In this document: positions 17,177-25,058 of the stretch, in pieces | Numbering within the stretch: the first letter of the stretch is position 1 | How the letters are laid out: every line of letters begins with the position of its first letter | From: Escherichia phage UPEC01 | Sequence record: MW233709 | Reading direction: 5' to 3' (one strand) | DNA: 64,000 nucleotides | Program-made: the position numbers and the translations under genes | Notes under the pieces: generated by a model | What the model was told of the DNA's origin: nothing | Databases searched by the model: none | Seen by the model: only the letters and a program-made list of their open reading frames with translations

Positions 17177-17737
17177 ATGAACATCATCAAATCTGATACC
17201 GAACCCAACCAGTTAAAATTTAGTGAAATGGAGATAGCTTCATTATTTGAATGCCGTACATCAAAGGTTGATAAAACCTTGCATTCAAACATCAACTCAA
17301 TTATCAAGCCAAGGTTGTCTATACCCGATACAGTCTTGTGGCGCGGGGTAACCCAGCAAGAGATTGATTTGTTAGATGAAGCAAAAGAATCAATGCAACC
17401 TTTTGAATTTGGACGGATAACCTCCTTTACAGAAGACTATGGTATTGCCAGGGATTTTGCTGCAATGGAATATGCATCAAGGACTATCGTCAGATTGAAT
17501 CAGACAAAAGCTTTTTGTTACCATGATGCGATGCGCAAAATCGCGCTTGATGTTCCGCTGGAATTCTTCAATACAGTTTCTGGTTCCGAACAGGCAGCAA
17601 CGTTAAGACGTGAAGAATACATGGACATGATTGATTCTGAGCTTGAATGGTTTGTTCCAGTTGACCAGAAATTCGTGGTGGTTGATGCTGGATTTGTTGG
17701 TGATTATTATGTTCTTGACTGTGTACAAGAGCAATAA
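17177..17737 (+). CDS. putative ADP-ribosyltransferase (ModA/ModB-like), copy 1
   Basis: 186 aa; R-S-E class signature candidates WRGV ... SFTEDY ... SELEWFVP; T4 modA/modB position. Confidence 0.45.
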   Translation: MNIIKSDTEPNQLKFSEMEIASLFECRTSKVDKTLHSNINSIIKPRLSIPDTVLWRGVTQQEIDLLDEAKESMQPFEFGRITSFTEDYGIARDFAAMEYASRTIVRLNQTKAFCYHDAMRKIALDVPLEFFNTVSGSEQAATLRREEYMDMIDSELEWFVPVDQKFVVVDAGFVGDYYVLDCVQEQ

Positions 17738-17781
17738 GACACGTTAAGATGCTCCTATCAACTACTGATGAGGATAATAAA

Positions 17782-18396
17782 ATGCTGTACACTGATGACG
17801 TTTTGAATGGAATTATTGACACTGCCGCTTCTAGTGAGTCTTTTCGTGACCAATGTCAAGCAGAGATTGATGCTCTTTATACAGATAATGAGCAATCAGT
17901 ACTCTGGCAGTGTATGGAAAATAAACCTGACCTGATTCAAGAAGACTTAACCAGGATTATCCGCAACAATCTGAATACTACACCGCCGGCAGCGTTGTTC
18001 CGCGGTATATCAAAGAAAACCATGGAATACCTGGAAGATTTAAGATATGTTGGTGCGACAATTGAGTTCAACCGTGTGATGAGTTTTTCCAGAGACTGGC
18101 AGGTTGCAAGAAATTTCGCATCATATAGTTTCTATGGCACAAGGAATATTTTCTGCATAAACAATGCACCTTATGCGTATAACTATCAGGAAGCAATCTT
18201 TAAAATGATTTGCGGTGCTCCTCCTGAAGAGTTCAATGGTGCATATCCAGAAGCAACCAGGAAGTCAAACTTACACCTAGTTAATGATGAGGATGAGTTT
18301 ATGTTTCCCGCTGGGACTACGCTTCGCGTAGATTTGATTGAGAAACACCCATTGAATAACCTTTATACTGTTTGGCATTTGACTGTTTTGAACTAA
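17782..18396 (+). CDS. putative ADP-ribosyltransferase (ModA/ModB-like), copy 2
   Basis: 204 aa from ATG 17782; FRGIS ... SFSRDW ... EDEFMFPAG (R, S-x-S, E-x-E candidates). Confidence 0.45.
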   Translation: MLYTDDVLNGIIDTAASSESFRDQCQAEIDALYTDNEQSVLWQCMENKPDLIQEDLTRIIRNNLNTTPPAALFRGISKKTMEYLEDLRYVGATIEFNRVMSFSRDWQVARNFASYSFYGTRNIFCINNAPYAYNYQEAIFKMICGAPPEEFNGAYPEATRKSNLHLVNDEDEFMFPAGTTLRVDLIEKHPLNNLYTVWHLTVLN

Positions 18397-18456
18397 CCAA
18401 AGACCTTAGAACCATTATACACGGTAAAAATAAAAGCGTTAAAGGCGAAAAAGTAG

Positions 18457-18484
18457 TGTACATGAAAGATGAATAGTGTATAAT
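18457..18484 (+). promoter_or_regulatory. early-type promoter
   Basis: AAAAAGTAGTGTACA ... TATAAT then leader AATTCCATACTGAGTTA. Confidence 0.5.
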
Positions 18485-18531
18485 AATTCCATACTGAGTT
18501 ATTTAATCGTCCGTAAGATGAGAAAAATATC

Positions 18532-19278
18532 ATGACTTTATCAAAAACCAAAACGCTGAAAGTTAAACGTCGCCTGGAACACACTCAAGCTTCTGCTAAA
18601 CGTCGTGGTAAGGACTTTAACCTGGATTTCAATTACCTGGTTAACATTCTTGACCAAAAAGTTTGTGCTTATTCTGGTGAAGCATTTAATAACTCTATTG
18701 AAGACGAGAAGTTATCATTAGAACGTTTTAACAATGATATTGGTTATATCAAGGGTAATGTTATTCCTGTTAAAAAGAAATACAATACCATGCGTTCTGA
18801 TTGGTCCTTGGATGAGCTTAAACAACGTCGCGATGATGTTGCTGTAAAAATTGCTCGCCCCTCTGCCAAGAAGATTGAAAAGTTAAATCTGACTTCAGAG
18901 AAATGGGAACAGATTAAAAAGTCATATACTCATATCAAGAACATCCAGCACAAACGTGATAATCGCGTTAAGCATTATGCTCAAATGAGTAAATCAGAGC
19001 AGTCCAAAGAAAACCAATTAAAAATGGTTGCTCTGAAGGCTCGCATTGATGGTTCCCGTGTTGCGGAAGGACATGAGCTTACTAAATTGAATGTCCTGCT
19101 CAAAGGTAATGACTGGAAAGTTACCAAGAAATTAACTGATGCTGAAACGCTTTTTGATTGCTATGATAAAATCATTCAAGGTCTTGAGCGTTTTGAGAAG
19201 ATTGGTTTTATTGGTAAATTAAAACTGAAACGTGGTCTGCCTTTGAACGCGTCAATTTTTAAACTGATTAGAGGTTAA
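18532..19278 (+). CDS. Srd-like protein (by position and size)
   Basis: 248 aa between mod-like genes and dda as T4 srd; basic N-terminus; not sequence verified. Confidence 0.4.
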   Translation: MTLSKTKTLKVKRRLEHTQASAKRRGKDFNLDFNYLVNILDQKVCAYSGEAFNNSIEDEKLSLERFNNDIGYIKGNVIPVKKKYNTMRSDWSLDELKQRRDDVAVKIARPSAKKIEKLNLTSEKWEQIKKSYTHIKNIQHKRDNRVKHYAQMSKSEQSKENQLKMVALKARIDGSRVAEGHELTKLNVLLKGNDWKVTKKLTDAETLFDCYDKIIQGLERFEKIGFIGKLKLKRGLPLNASIFKLIRG

Positions 19279-19282
19279 TGTG

Positions 19283-19579
19283 ATGTACTACGCATATGTG
19301 CTGGTTCACAAAGATAAAGATGGTTTTGAACGCCCATTGGAGTATGATGGAAAGGTTACCTTATACACCACAAAACCGGGCGCAGAGTATGAACTTGCCA
19401 ACTATTTATATACTACAAACCGCTATTTACGCATGGGACGTATTGAAACACGGTATACTCCCAGAAAATGGTGGTTTGATAAGCGGGAAACAAAAACTGT
19501 TTTTCCTACTGAAGAACACGCACGAGAATTGAAATTAGTTTTAGATACTTTATATGTTAAGCGAGTAAAATTGGCATGA
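19283..19579 (+). CDS. hypothetical protein (98 aa; dda.1 position)
   Basis: ATG 19283; track start 19280 is GTG. Confidence 0.45.
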   Translation: MYYAYVLVHKDKDGFERPLEYDGKVTLYTTKPGAEYELANYLYTTNRYLRMGRIETRYTPRKWWFDKRETKTVFPTEEHARELKLVLDTLYVKRVKLA

Positions 19580-20904
19580 TTAAATTTGAAGACTTGAACA
19601 CAGGACAAAAAGAAGCTTTTGATTATATCACTGAAGCTATTCAGCGACGTTCAGGGGAATGTATCACTCTGAATGGTCCAGCTGGTACAGGTAAGACCAC
19701 TCTGACAAAATTTGTCATTGACCATCTAGTGCGTAATGGAGTTATGGGAATTGTGCTTGCTGCGCCAACTCACCAGGCGAAAAAAGTTTTATCTAAATTG
19801 TCTGGTCAAACCGCGAATACAATCCATAGTATCCTGAAGATTAACCCGACCACATATGAAGACCAAAACGTTTTTGAACAACGCGAAATGCCTGACATGT
19901 CAAAATGCAATGTTCTGGTTTGTGATGAAGCAAGTATGTATGACGGGTCTCTGTTTAAGATTATTCTTAACTCTGTTCCTGAATGGTGTACTATTCTTGG
20001 GATTGGTGATATGCACCAGCTGCAGCCAGTTGACCCAGGAAGCACACAACAAAAGATAAGCCCATTCTTTACGCATCCTAAGTTCAAACAGATTCATCTG
20101 ACTGAGGTCATGCGAAGCAATGCTCCTATCATTGAAGTGGCGACAGAAATTCGTAATGGTGGTTGGTTCCGTGACTGTATGTATGATGGTCATGGTGTAC
20201 AGGGTTTCACCTCACAAACCGCTTTAAAGGATTTCATGATAAACTATTTCAGTATTGTAAAAGATGCTGATATGTTGATGGAAAACAGGATGTATGCGTA
20301 CACGAATAAATCAGTTGAAAAACTGAACAATATTATTCGTCGCAAGCTCTATGAAACGGATAAAGCATTTTTACCGTATGAAGTCCTGGTTATGCAAGAG
20401 CCACACATGAAAGAGCTGGAATTTGAAGGCAAGAAATTCAGCGAAACCATTTTTAATAATGGTCAGTTGGTTCGCATCAAGGATTGCAAATACACTTCCA
20501 CAATTCTCCGTTGTAAAGGTGAATCGCACCAGTTAGTGATTAATTACTGGGACCTGGAAGTTGAGTCAATTGATGAAGATGAAGAATATCAGGTTGACCG
20601 CATCAAAGTTTTACCAGAAGACCAGCAACCGAAATTCCAGGCATATCTGGCTAAAGTTGCTGACACATACAAACAGATGAAAGCCGCTGGTAAACGTCCA
20701 GAGTGGAAAGACTTCTGGAAAGCTCGCCGGACCTTCTTGAAAGTTCGGGCTCTTCCGGTCAGTACAATCCACAAGGCCCAGGGCGTTTCAGTAGACAAAG
20801 CATTCATCTATACCCCATGCATCCATATGGCCGAAGCTTCATTAGCGAGCCAGTTGGCTTATGTTGGAATCACACGAGCGAGGTACGACGCATATTATGT
20901 ATAA
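19576..20904 (+). CDS. dda: Dda DNA helicase (SF1)
   Basis: 442 aa; NGPAGTGKTT Walker A, strong similarity to T4 Dda throughout. Confidence 0.95.
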   Translation: MIKFEDLNTGQKEAFDYITEAIQRRSGECITLNGPAGTGKTTLTKFVIDHLVRNGVMGIVLAAPTHQAKKVLSKLSGQTANTIHSILKINPTTYEDQNVFEQREMPDMSKCNVLVCDEASMYDGSLFKIILNSVPEWCTILGIGDMHQLQPVDPGSTQQKISPFFTHPKFKQIHLTEVMRSNAPIIEVATEIRNGGWFRDCMYDGHGVQGFTSQTALKDFMINYFSIVKDADMLMENRMYAYTNKSVEKLNNIIRRKLYETDKAFLPYEVLVMQEPHMKELEFEGKKFSETIFNNGQLVRIKDCKYTSTILRCKGESHQLVINYWDLEVESIDEDEEYQVDRIKVLPEDQQPKFQAYLAKVADTYKQMKAAGKRPEWKDFWKARRTFLKVRALPVSTIHKAQGVSVDKAFIYTPCIHMAEASLASQLAYVGITRARYDAYYV

Positions 20905-21142
20905 AGTACATAAAGAAGATTTAGATAATCTTATCTACGGTATTCAGGACGCGGTTGAATTTTTCGAAGATAATTCGACTATCGTCGTGCAGGGTAATTA
21001 CGTTTTACTGGAACTGAATCTTATTCGGAAACGTATGGCCGCGATTGAATATTTTAACAATGAAGAGCCAGGGATTTTTATCTCTGATTATGTTGCTGGT
21101 GAAATTCAGAAATTAAAAGAGATGTGCGATGGTTGCTGGTGA
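20897..21142 (+). CDS. hypothetical protein (81 aa); C-terminus altered by 40-bp tandem duplication
   Basis: Start ATG 20897 overlapping dda stop; alternative start 20861. Confidence 0.4.
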   Translation: MYKVHKEDLDNLIYGIQDAVEFFEDNSTIVVQGNYVLLELNLIRKRMAAIEYFNNEEPGIFISDYVAGEIQKLKEMCDGCW

Positions 21143-21172
21143 AATTCAGAAATTAAAAGAGATGTGTGATGA
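21093..21172 (+). repeat. 40-bp tandem duplication (2 copies, 1 mismatch)
   Basis: gttgctggtgaaattcagaaattaaaagagatgtg(c/t)gatg x2 at the ORF 20897 / dexA junction. Confidence 0.9.
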
Positions 21173-21852
21173 TTGATGCTATTATTGACTTTGAAACTCT
21201 GGGAAACGGCTCGAAGGGAGCCGTTATTGACCTGGCGCTGATTACATTCGAATCTGACCCTGCTATTGTGGAATCGTTCGAAACCCTGGTTAATCGCGGC
21301 AAACGCATTAAGTTTAGTCTCGAATACCAAAAAGGAAAACGTCTGTTTGATACAACAACCATGGGTTGGTGGAAAAAGCAATCAGCAGAAGCTCGTGTTA
21401 ACCTGACTCCTTCTGCACATGATGTTGATACTCTGACCGGTATCCAACAGGCGATTGACTATCTGAATGGTAATGGAATTAACAAATACGAAAGCCTTAT
21501 GTGGTGCCGTGGGATGTCTTTTGACTTCCCGTTGTTTGTTGACCTTATCCGCGACCTACAGCGCAATGAGGGGATTCCTGAGCGTGAATTGAATACCTAT
21601 AACCTGGAGCCGGTTGTATTCTGGAACCAGCGAGATATCAGGACAGCCATCGAAGCCTTGTCACTCGTCCGTAAGATGTGTGAAACCCCATTACCGAAAG
21701 GGACTTTAGATGGATTTGTGGCGCACGATTCGGTACATGACTGCGCGAAAGATATTTTGATGTTGAAGTATGCCCAGCGCTATGCTCTTGGTTTAGATGA
21801 AGTTCCTTCCGAAGAAGATGCAGACCCATTATCTTTGCCGAAAAAACGATAA
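21169..21852 (+). CDS. dexA: exonuclease A (DexA)
   Basis: 227 aa; IIDFETLG DEDD-type exonuclease start, size and position as T4 dexA. Confidence 0.8.
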   Translation: MIDAIIDFETLGNGSKGAVIDLALITFESDPAIVESFETLVNRGKRIKFSLEYQKGKRLFDTTTMGWWKKQSAEARVNLTPSAHDVDTLTGIQQAIDYLNGNGINKYESLMWCRGMSFDFPLFVDLIRDLQRNEGIPERELNTYNLEPVVFWNQRDIRTAIEALSLVRKMCETPLPKGTLDGFVAHDSVHDCAKDILMLKYAQRYALGLDEVPSEEDADPLSLPKKR

Positions 21853-21858
21853 AAAGTA

Positions 21859-21888
21859 GTGTACAAGGCCAATGGAAAGAGACATAAT
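21859..21888 (+). promoter_or_regulatory. early-type promoter
   Basis: AAAAAGTAGTGTACAA-N16-CATAAT then leader CATCAACTACTGATGAGGATAACAAAATG. Confidence 0.5.
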
Positions 21889-21919
21889 CATCTCATCAAC
21901 TACTGATGAGGATAACAAA

Positions 21920-22177
21920 ATGATTACTTCTTTTGAAATTGGCCAACAATATGAAATGTCCGCTCTTCAAGCTGCTGAAGCAGGTCTGACTAAAGCGTTT
22001 GAATGTGCATTTGCAAATATTCGTGGTAAAATCTTTACTGTCAATAAAATTGCGGTATATGATAAAGAAACTGATATGAACAAAGGCATCTACCTGAACG
22101 TGTCAAATGCAAAAGGTCGTCGTGAAATTATGGTTGTACAACCTAATCAACTGGCGATGTTCAATAAGGTTGCATAA
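21920..22177 (+). CDS. hypothetical protein (85 aa)
   Basis: Start ATG 21920 after conserved leader; track start 21872 lies inside the promoter/leader. Confidence 0.5.
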   Translation: MITSFEIGQQYEMSALQAAEAGLTKAFECAFANIRGKIFTVNKIAVYDKETDMNKGIYLNVSNAKGRREIMVVQPNQLAMFNKVA

Positions 22178-22932
22178 TGAAACCAGAATTTATTGACTTT
22201 GATGTTGTAAGTATGTATGTTCGCCCAATTAAACCATTAAAACTTGAGAAACAAAATATGACTATTGAAATTAACAAAACTTATCAACTGATTGAACCTA
22301 TTATTCAAAACGCAGCTATGGTTTCTGGGTATAATACTCTGACTGATGCTTTAGGTGAAGGTGAATTTATTGTTGAAACTTTTGTAAAAAGTAACTGGTT
22401 TGATAAAGCATATATTCTACATGCACGTCGCCTTGATACAAATGAAGTAGAAAAAATTATGGTTTATGAAGCTGAGATTGAACTCTTCAAAGAAGTTGAA
22501 GAAACTCCTATCAAAGTTGGTAAAACCTATCAGCTTATTGAAGATGATAGTCAGTTTGGAAAGACTGTCGCAATGCATGCTGGTTGGCGGGTACTGAAAG
22601 GTATTTTTGGATTTGCTCCATTTACCGTTAAAACAGTTAAGTACCACAATCACCAAAGCATCTTTGAATTTACTGCAGTCAATGAATCAGGTGACAATCT
22701 TGAAGCTATCCTTTATCCGCGTGAATCTGTGCTGCTGGAAGAAGTTAGCGAGCTTGGCGACCCTATTGACTTGCTATGTAAACCAGTTCAAATCAAACGC
22801 CCATTTAACAGTTCCATTTGTGGTTGGGTAACAGACCAGTGGATTGAAGATGGTGTTGAACTCCTGAACGTTGTTCATTGTGGTAGTTTTACTGTTGTAC
22901 CACGTTCCATGGTTGTTGAAATTTTTAATTAA
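22177..22932 (+). CDS. hypothetical protein (251 aa), paralog family with 23009
   Basis: Internal repeat (KTYQLIE twice); C-terminal ...TDQWIEDGVELLNVVH.GSFTVVP. Confidence 0.55.
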   Translation: MKPEFIDFDVVSMYVRPIKPLKLEKQNMTIEINKTYQLIEPIIQNAAMVSGYNTLTDALGEGEFIVETFVKSNWFDKAYILHARRLDTNEVEKIMVYEAEIELFKEVEETPIKVGKTYQLIEDDSQFGKTVAMHAGWRVLKGIFGFAPFTVKTVKYHNHQSIFEFTAVNESGDNLEAILYPRESVLLEEVSELGDPIDLLCKPVQIKRPFNSSICGWVTDQWIEDGVELLNVVHCGSFTVVPRSMVVEIFN

Positions 22933-22936
22933 ATTT

Positions 22937-22966
22937 GTGTACAAACTCGTGGGGCCAGAGTATAAT
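22937..22966 (+). promoter_or_regulatory. early-type promoter with -10 inside a palindrome
   Basis: GTGTACAA ... gtggggccagagTATAATggtcccac. Confidence 0.5.
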
Positions 22967-23008
22967 GGTCCCACTGGAGAATAAACTTATTAATCAAGAG
23001 AGAAAATT

Positions 23009-23500
23009 ATGAAAGTTGAAGCTGGTGATATTGTACGCGTTTCTAAAGAATCTCGTTCTAAAGCTGCTGGTCGTTTTGTTGAGGTTGTGGGTCTTCGCAC
23101 TAATTTAGTAGGTGGAATTAAAGAAGTTAAAGTGCGTATTATTCCTAAAAATGGCCAGACTGAAACTCAATTGGCTTATGTACATCCTAAATTCCTGGAA
23201 TCAACTGAATTTACTGGATATATCGCTCCTGTGGTTGAAGAAGTTGAAACCATTGACCAGTCTCATGTTGGGGTTGATTTTAAATGGAAATTAGGTAAAG
23301 GTGTCTTTTTCGTTTCACCTAAACCGTTTGAATACAATTGCAAGTATGGTCCGACTTATGAAACCACTAGCATGTCTGGTTATATCACAGACCAGTGGGT
23401 TGAAGAAGGGGTTAAACTGTATAATATTGTGTTCCTTGGAACCTTTAAGGTTGTTCCTGAAAGTTTTATCGTTGAGTATGCTGATATTCATTTTGCCTAA
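23009..23500 (+). CDS. hypothetical protein (163 aa), paralog of 22177 C-terminal domain
   Basis: ...TDQWVEEGVKLYNIVFLGTFKVVP. Confidence 0.55.
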   Translation: MKVEAGDIVRVSKESRSKAAGRFVEVVGLRTNLVGGIKEVKVRIIPKNGQTETQLAYVHPKFLESTEFTGYIAPVVEEVETIDQSHVGVDFKWKLGKGVFFVSPKPFEYNCKYGPTYETTSMSGYITDQWVEEGVKLYNIVFLGTFKVVPESFIVEYADIHFA

Positions 23501-23550
23501 ATTATAAAATAATGATAGGGTAATTTTGCCCTATCAATGAGGAGAATATT

Positions 23551-23781
23551 ATGTTTAATGAAGATTGCGTGACCACTTCCCTGACCGCTGAAGAGTTCTG
23601 GGAAACCGCTGAAAGTGATAAAGTGATTGTTAAGAAAAACATCAATGAATTTCTTTGCACCACTGATATCATTTATGTGTATGCGTATGAAGGCGCGGAA
23701 TTACCTAGCTATGCACTGTTCCGTGAAGAATCAGAAGATGGCACAGATTTTTGGAAGGAGACTTATCATGTTGAAATTTGA
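23551..23781 (+). CDS. hypothetical acidic protein (76 aa)
   Basis: ORF with GAGGAG RBS. Confidence 0.45.
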   Translation: MFNEDCVTTSLTAEEFWETAESDKVIVKKNINEFLCTTDIIYVYAYEGAELPSYALFREESEDGTDFWKETYHVEI

Positions 23782-24142
23782 AACTGATAAATGGTATTAT
23801 TTTAAAGATAATGTTGCTGAAAGCAGATTTCGTTTGTTATGCTCTGATAATGATAATATAGCTGATGCTATAATCAATGGTGAAGGATTTAGACCAGTCG
23901 GAATTGAAGGTGGTGATGTATATCGGATAGAATTTTCGACCGGTGGAATAGAGAGAATATTCATAAAGGAAGATGAGCGTCGTTTCTTTGAAGAAGAAAA
24001 AGATGACGATACTGAAGACGAATGCGAAGACGCTGATGAAGCATTTGAACCAAGCGAATTCCCTTTGACTAAAATCACCATTTCTAATAACTCTGAAGCC
24101 TGGACCGTTTACCAGATGTTGAAAGCACACTTTAAGGAATAA
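23768..24142 (+). CDS. hypothetical protein with strongly acidic C-terminal segment
   Basis: 124 aa from ATG 23768; EEEKDDDTEDECEDADEAFEPSEFP. Confidence 0.45.
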   Translation: MLKFETDKWYYFKDNVAESRFRLLCSDNDNIADAIINGEGFRPVGIEGGDVYRIEFSTGGIERIFIKEDERRFFEEEKDDDTEDECEDADEAFEPSEFPLTKITISNNSEAWTVYQMLKAHFKE

Positions 24143-24143
24143 C

Positions 24144-24320
24144 ATGCCACTTTATGATTACAAATGCCAATCCAATGACTGCGCGAAAGAATACGAAAAA
24201 ATCAAGAAAATCTCTGAAAGAGATAATGATGTTTGCCCTGATTGCCATCGGCTGGCTGTTCGGTTAGTCTCGGCTCCTAAACATGTTAATGGCGGTTTTT
24301 ACGACCTGCTGACTAAGTGA
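24144..24320 (+). CDS. zinc-ribbon protein (FmdB-like CxxC...CxxC)
   Basis: 58 aa MPLYDYKCQSNDC...CPDCH. Confidence 0.5.
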   Translation: MPLYDYKCQSNDCAKEYEKIKKISERDNDVCPDCHRLAVRLVSAPKHVNGGFYDLLTK

Positions 24321-24326
24321 GGAATT

Positions 24327-24587
24327 ATGAAATACATTAATCGTTCTATTGCAGCACTGGTACTGGCGGTTTCATTGGCTGGTTGTACTGATGCAGATAA
24401 TGCCATTCGTGTATTAGATGCAAACGGCTATGAGCAAATCCAAATCACCGGATATAATTGGTTCTCTTGCGGTAAAGATGATTTTCAACACACAGGTTTT
24501 ACAGCCGTGGGCCCAACTGGTAAGAAAGTTGAAGGAACCGTTTGTTCTGGATTGCTGTTTAAGAATTCAACCATCCGATTCGAATGA
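24327..24587 (+). CDS. putative lipoprotein (86 aa)
   Basis: Signal peptide and lipobox LAGC. Confidence 0.5.
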   Translation: MKYINRSIAALVLAVSLAGCTDADNAIRVLDANGYEQIQITGYNWFSCGKDDFQHTGFTAVGPTGKKVEGTVCSGLLFKNSTIRFE

Positions 24588-24594
24588 GGATATT

Positions 24595-24993
24595 ATGTTT
24601 AAAATTGGAAAGAGTTATTGCATTAAAGATTTAGATGGCTTCCTTAAACATGTCGGTATGCCTGGTAGCATTTTGAACCAACAAGGAACCTCTATCATTG
24701 ATTTGGTTACTACCAAAGAGTTTTCAGTCACTAAGATGGAAGCAAATGTTGTTACGGAATTTAGTACTATAGATGGAACTGGATTTTCTTTCCATAGTCG
24801 TAATGGAACCGGTCTTATTTTTGGTGATGAATTTAAATATTTTGAAGAAGTCCCGGAATGTGATTCTGAAATAACCGAACAGGAATCAAAAGAGGATATC
24901 GTTGTTACCGGCGGCGATGTTATTATTACGGTTAAAACTGAAGCCGGCCGTCTACAAGCTATTAAAATGTTAGAGCAGCTTCGATTCAAATAA
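24595..24993 (+). CDS. hypothetical protein (132 aa)
   Basis: Start ATG 24595 with GAGGA RBS; track start 24418 overlaps previous gene. Confidence 0.5.
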   Translation: MFKIGKSYCIKDLDGFLKHVGMPGSILNQQGTSIIDLVTTKEFSVTKMEANVVTEFSTIDGTGFSFHSRNGTGLIFGDEFKYFEEVPECDSEITEQESKEDIVVTGGDVIITVKTEAGRLQAIKMLEQLRFK

Positions 24994-25012
24994 AAGGCCT
25001 TCGGGCCTTTTT
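24993..25012 (+). terminator. intrinsic terminator hairpin
   Basis: aaaggccttcgggcctttttg. Confidence 0.65.
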
Positions 25013-25036
25013 GCTTTAAAATATGTGACTTATAAT
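25010..25036 (+). promoter_or_regulatory. candidate middle promoter (MotA box TTTGCTTTA + TATAAT) for gene 39
   Basis: TGCTT 14 nt upstream of TATAAT; T4 gene 39 is MotA-dependent. Confidence 0.5.
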
Positions 25037-25058
25037 ACCTCCATACACAAGAGGAAAG

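Noticed and set aside
18532-19278. Possible HNH endonuclease motif (CAYSG ... NNDIGYIKGN) in the Srd-like protein
   Set aside because: Catalytic His/Asn pattern is not convincingly present; likely coincidental or degenerate.
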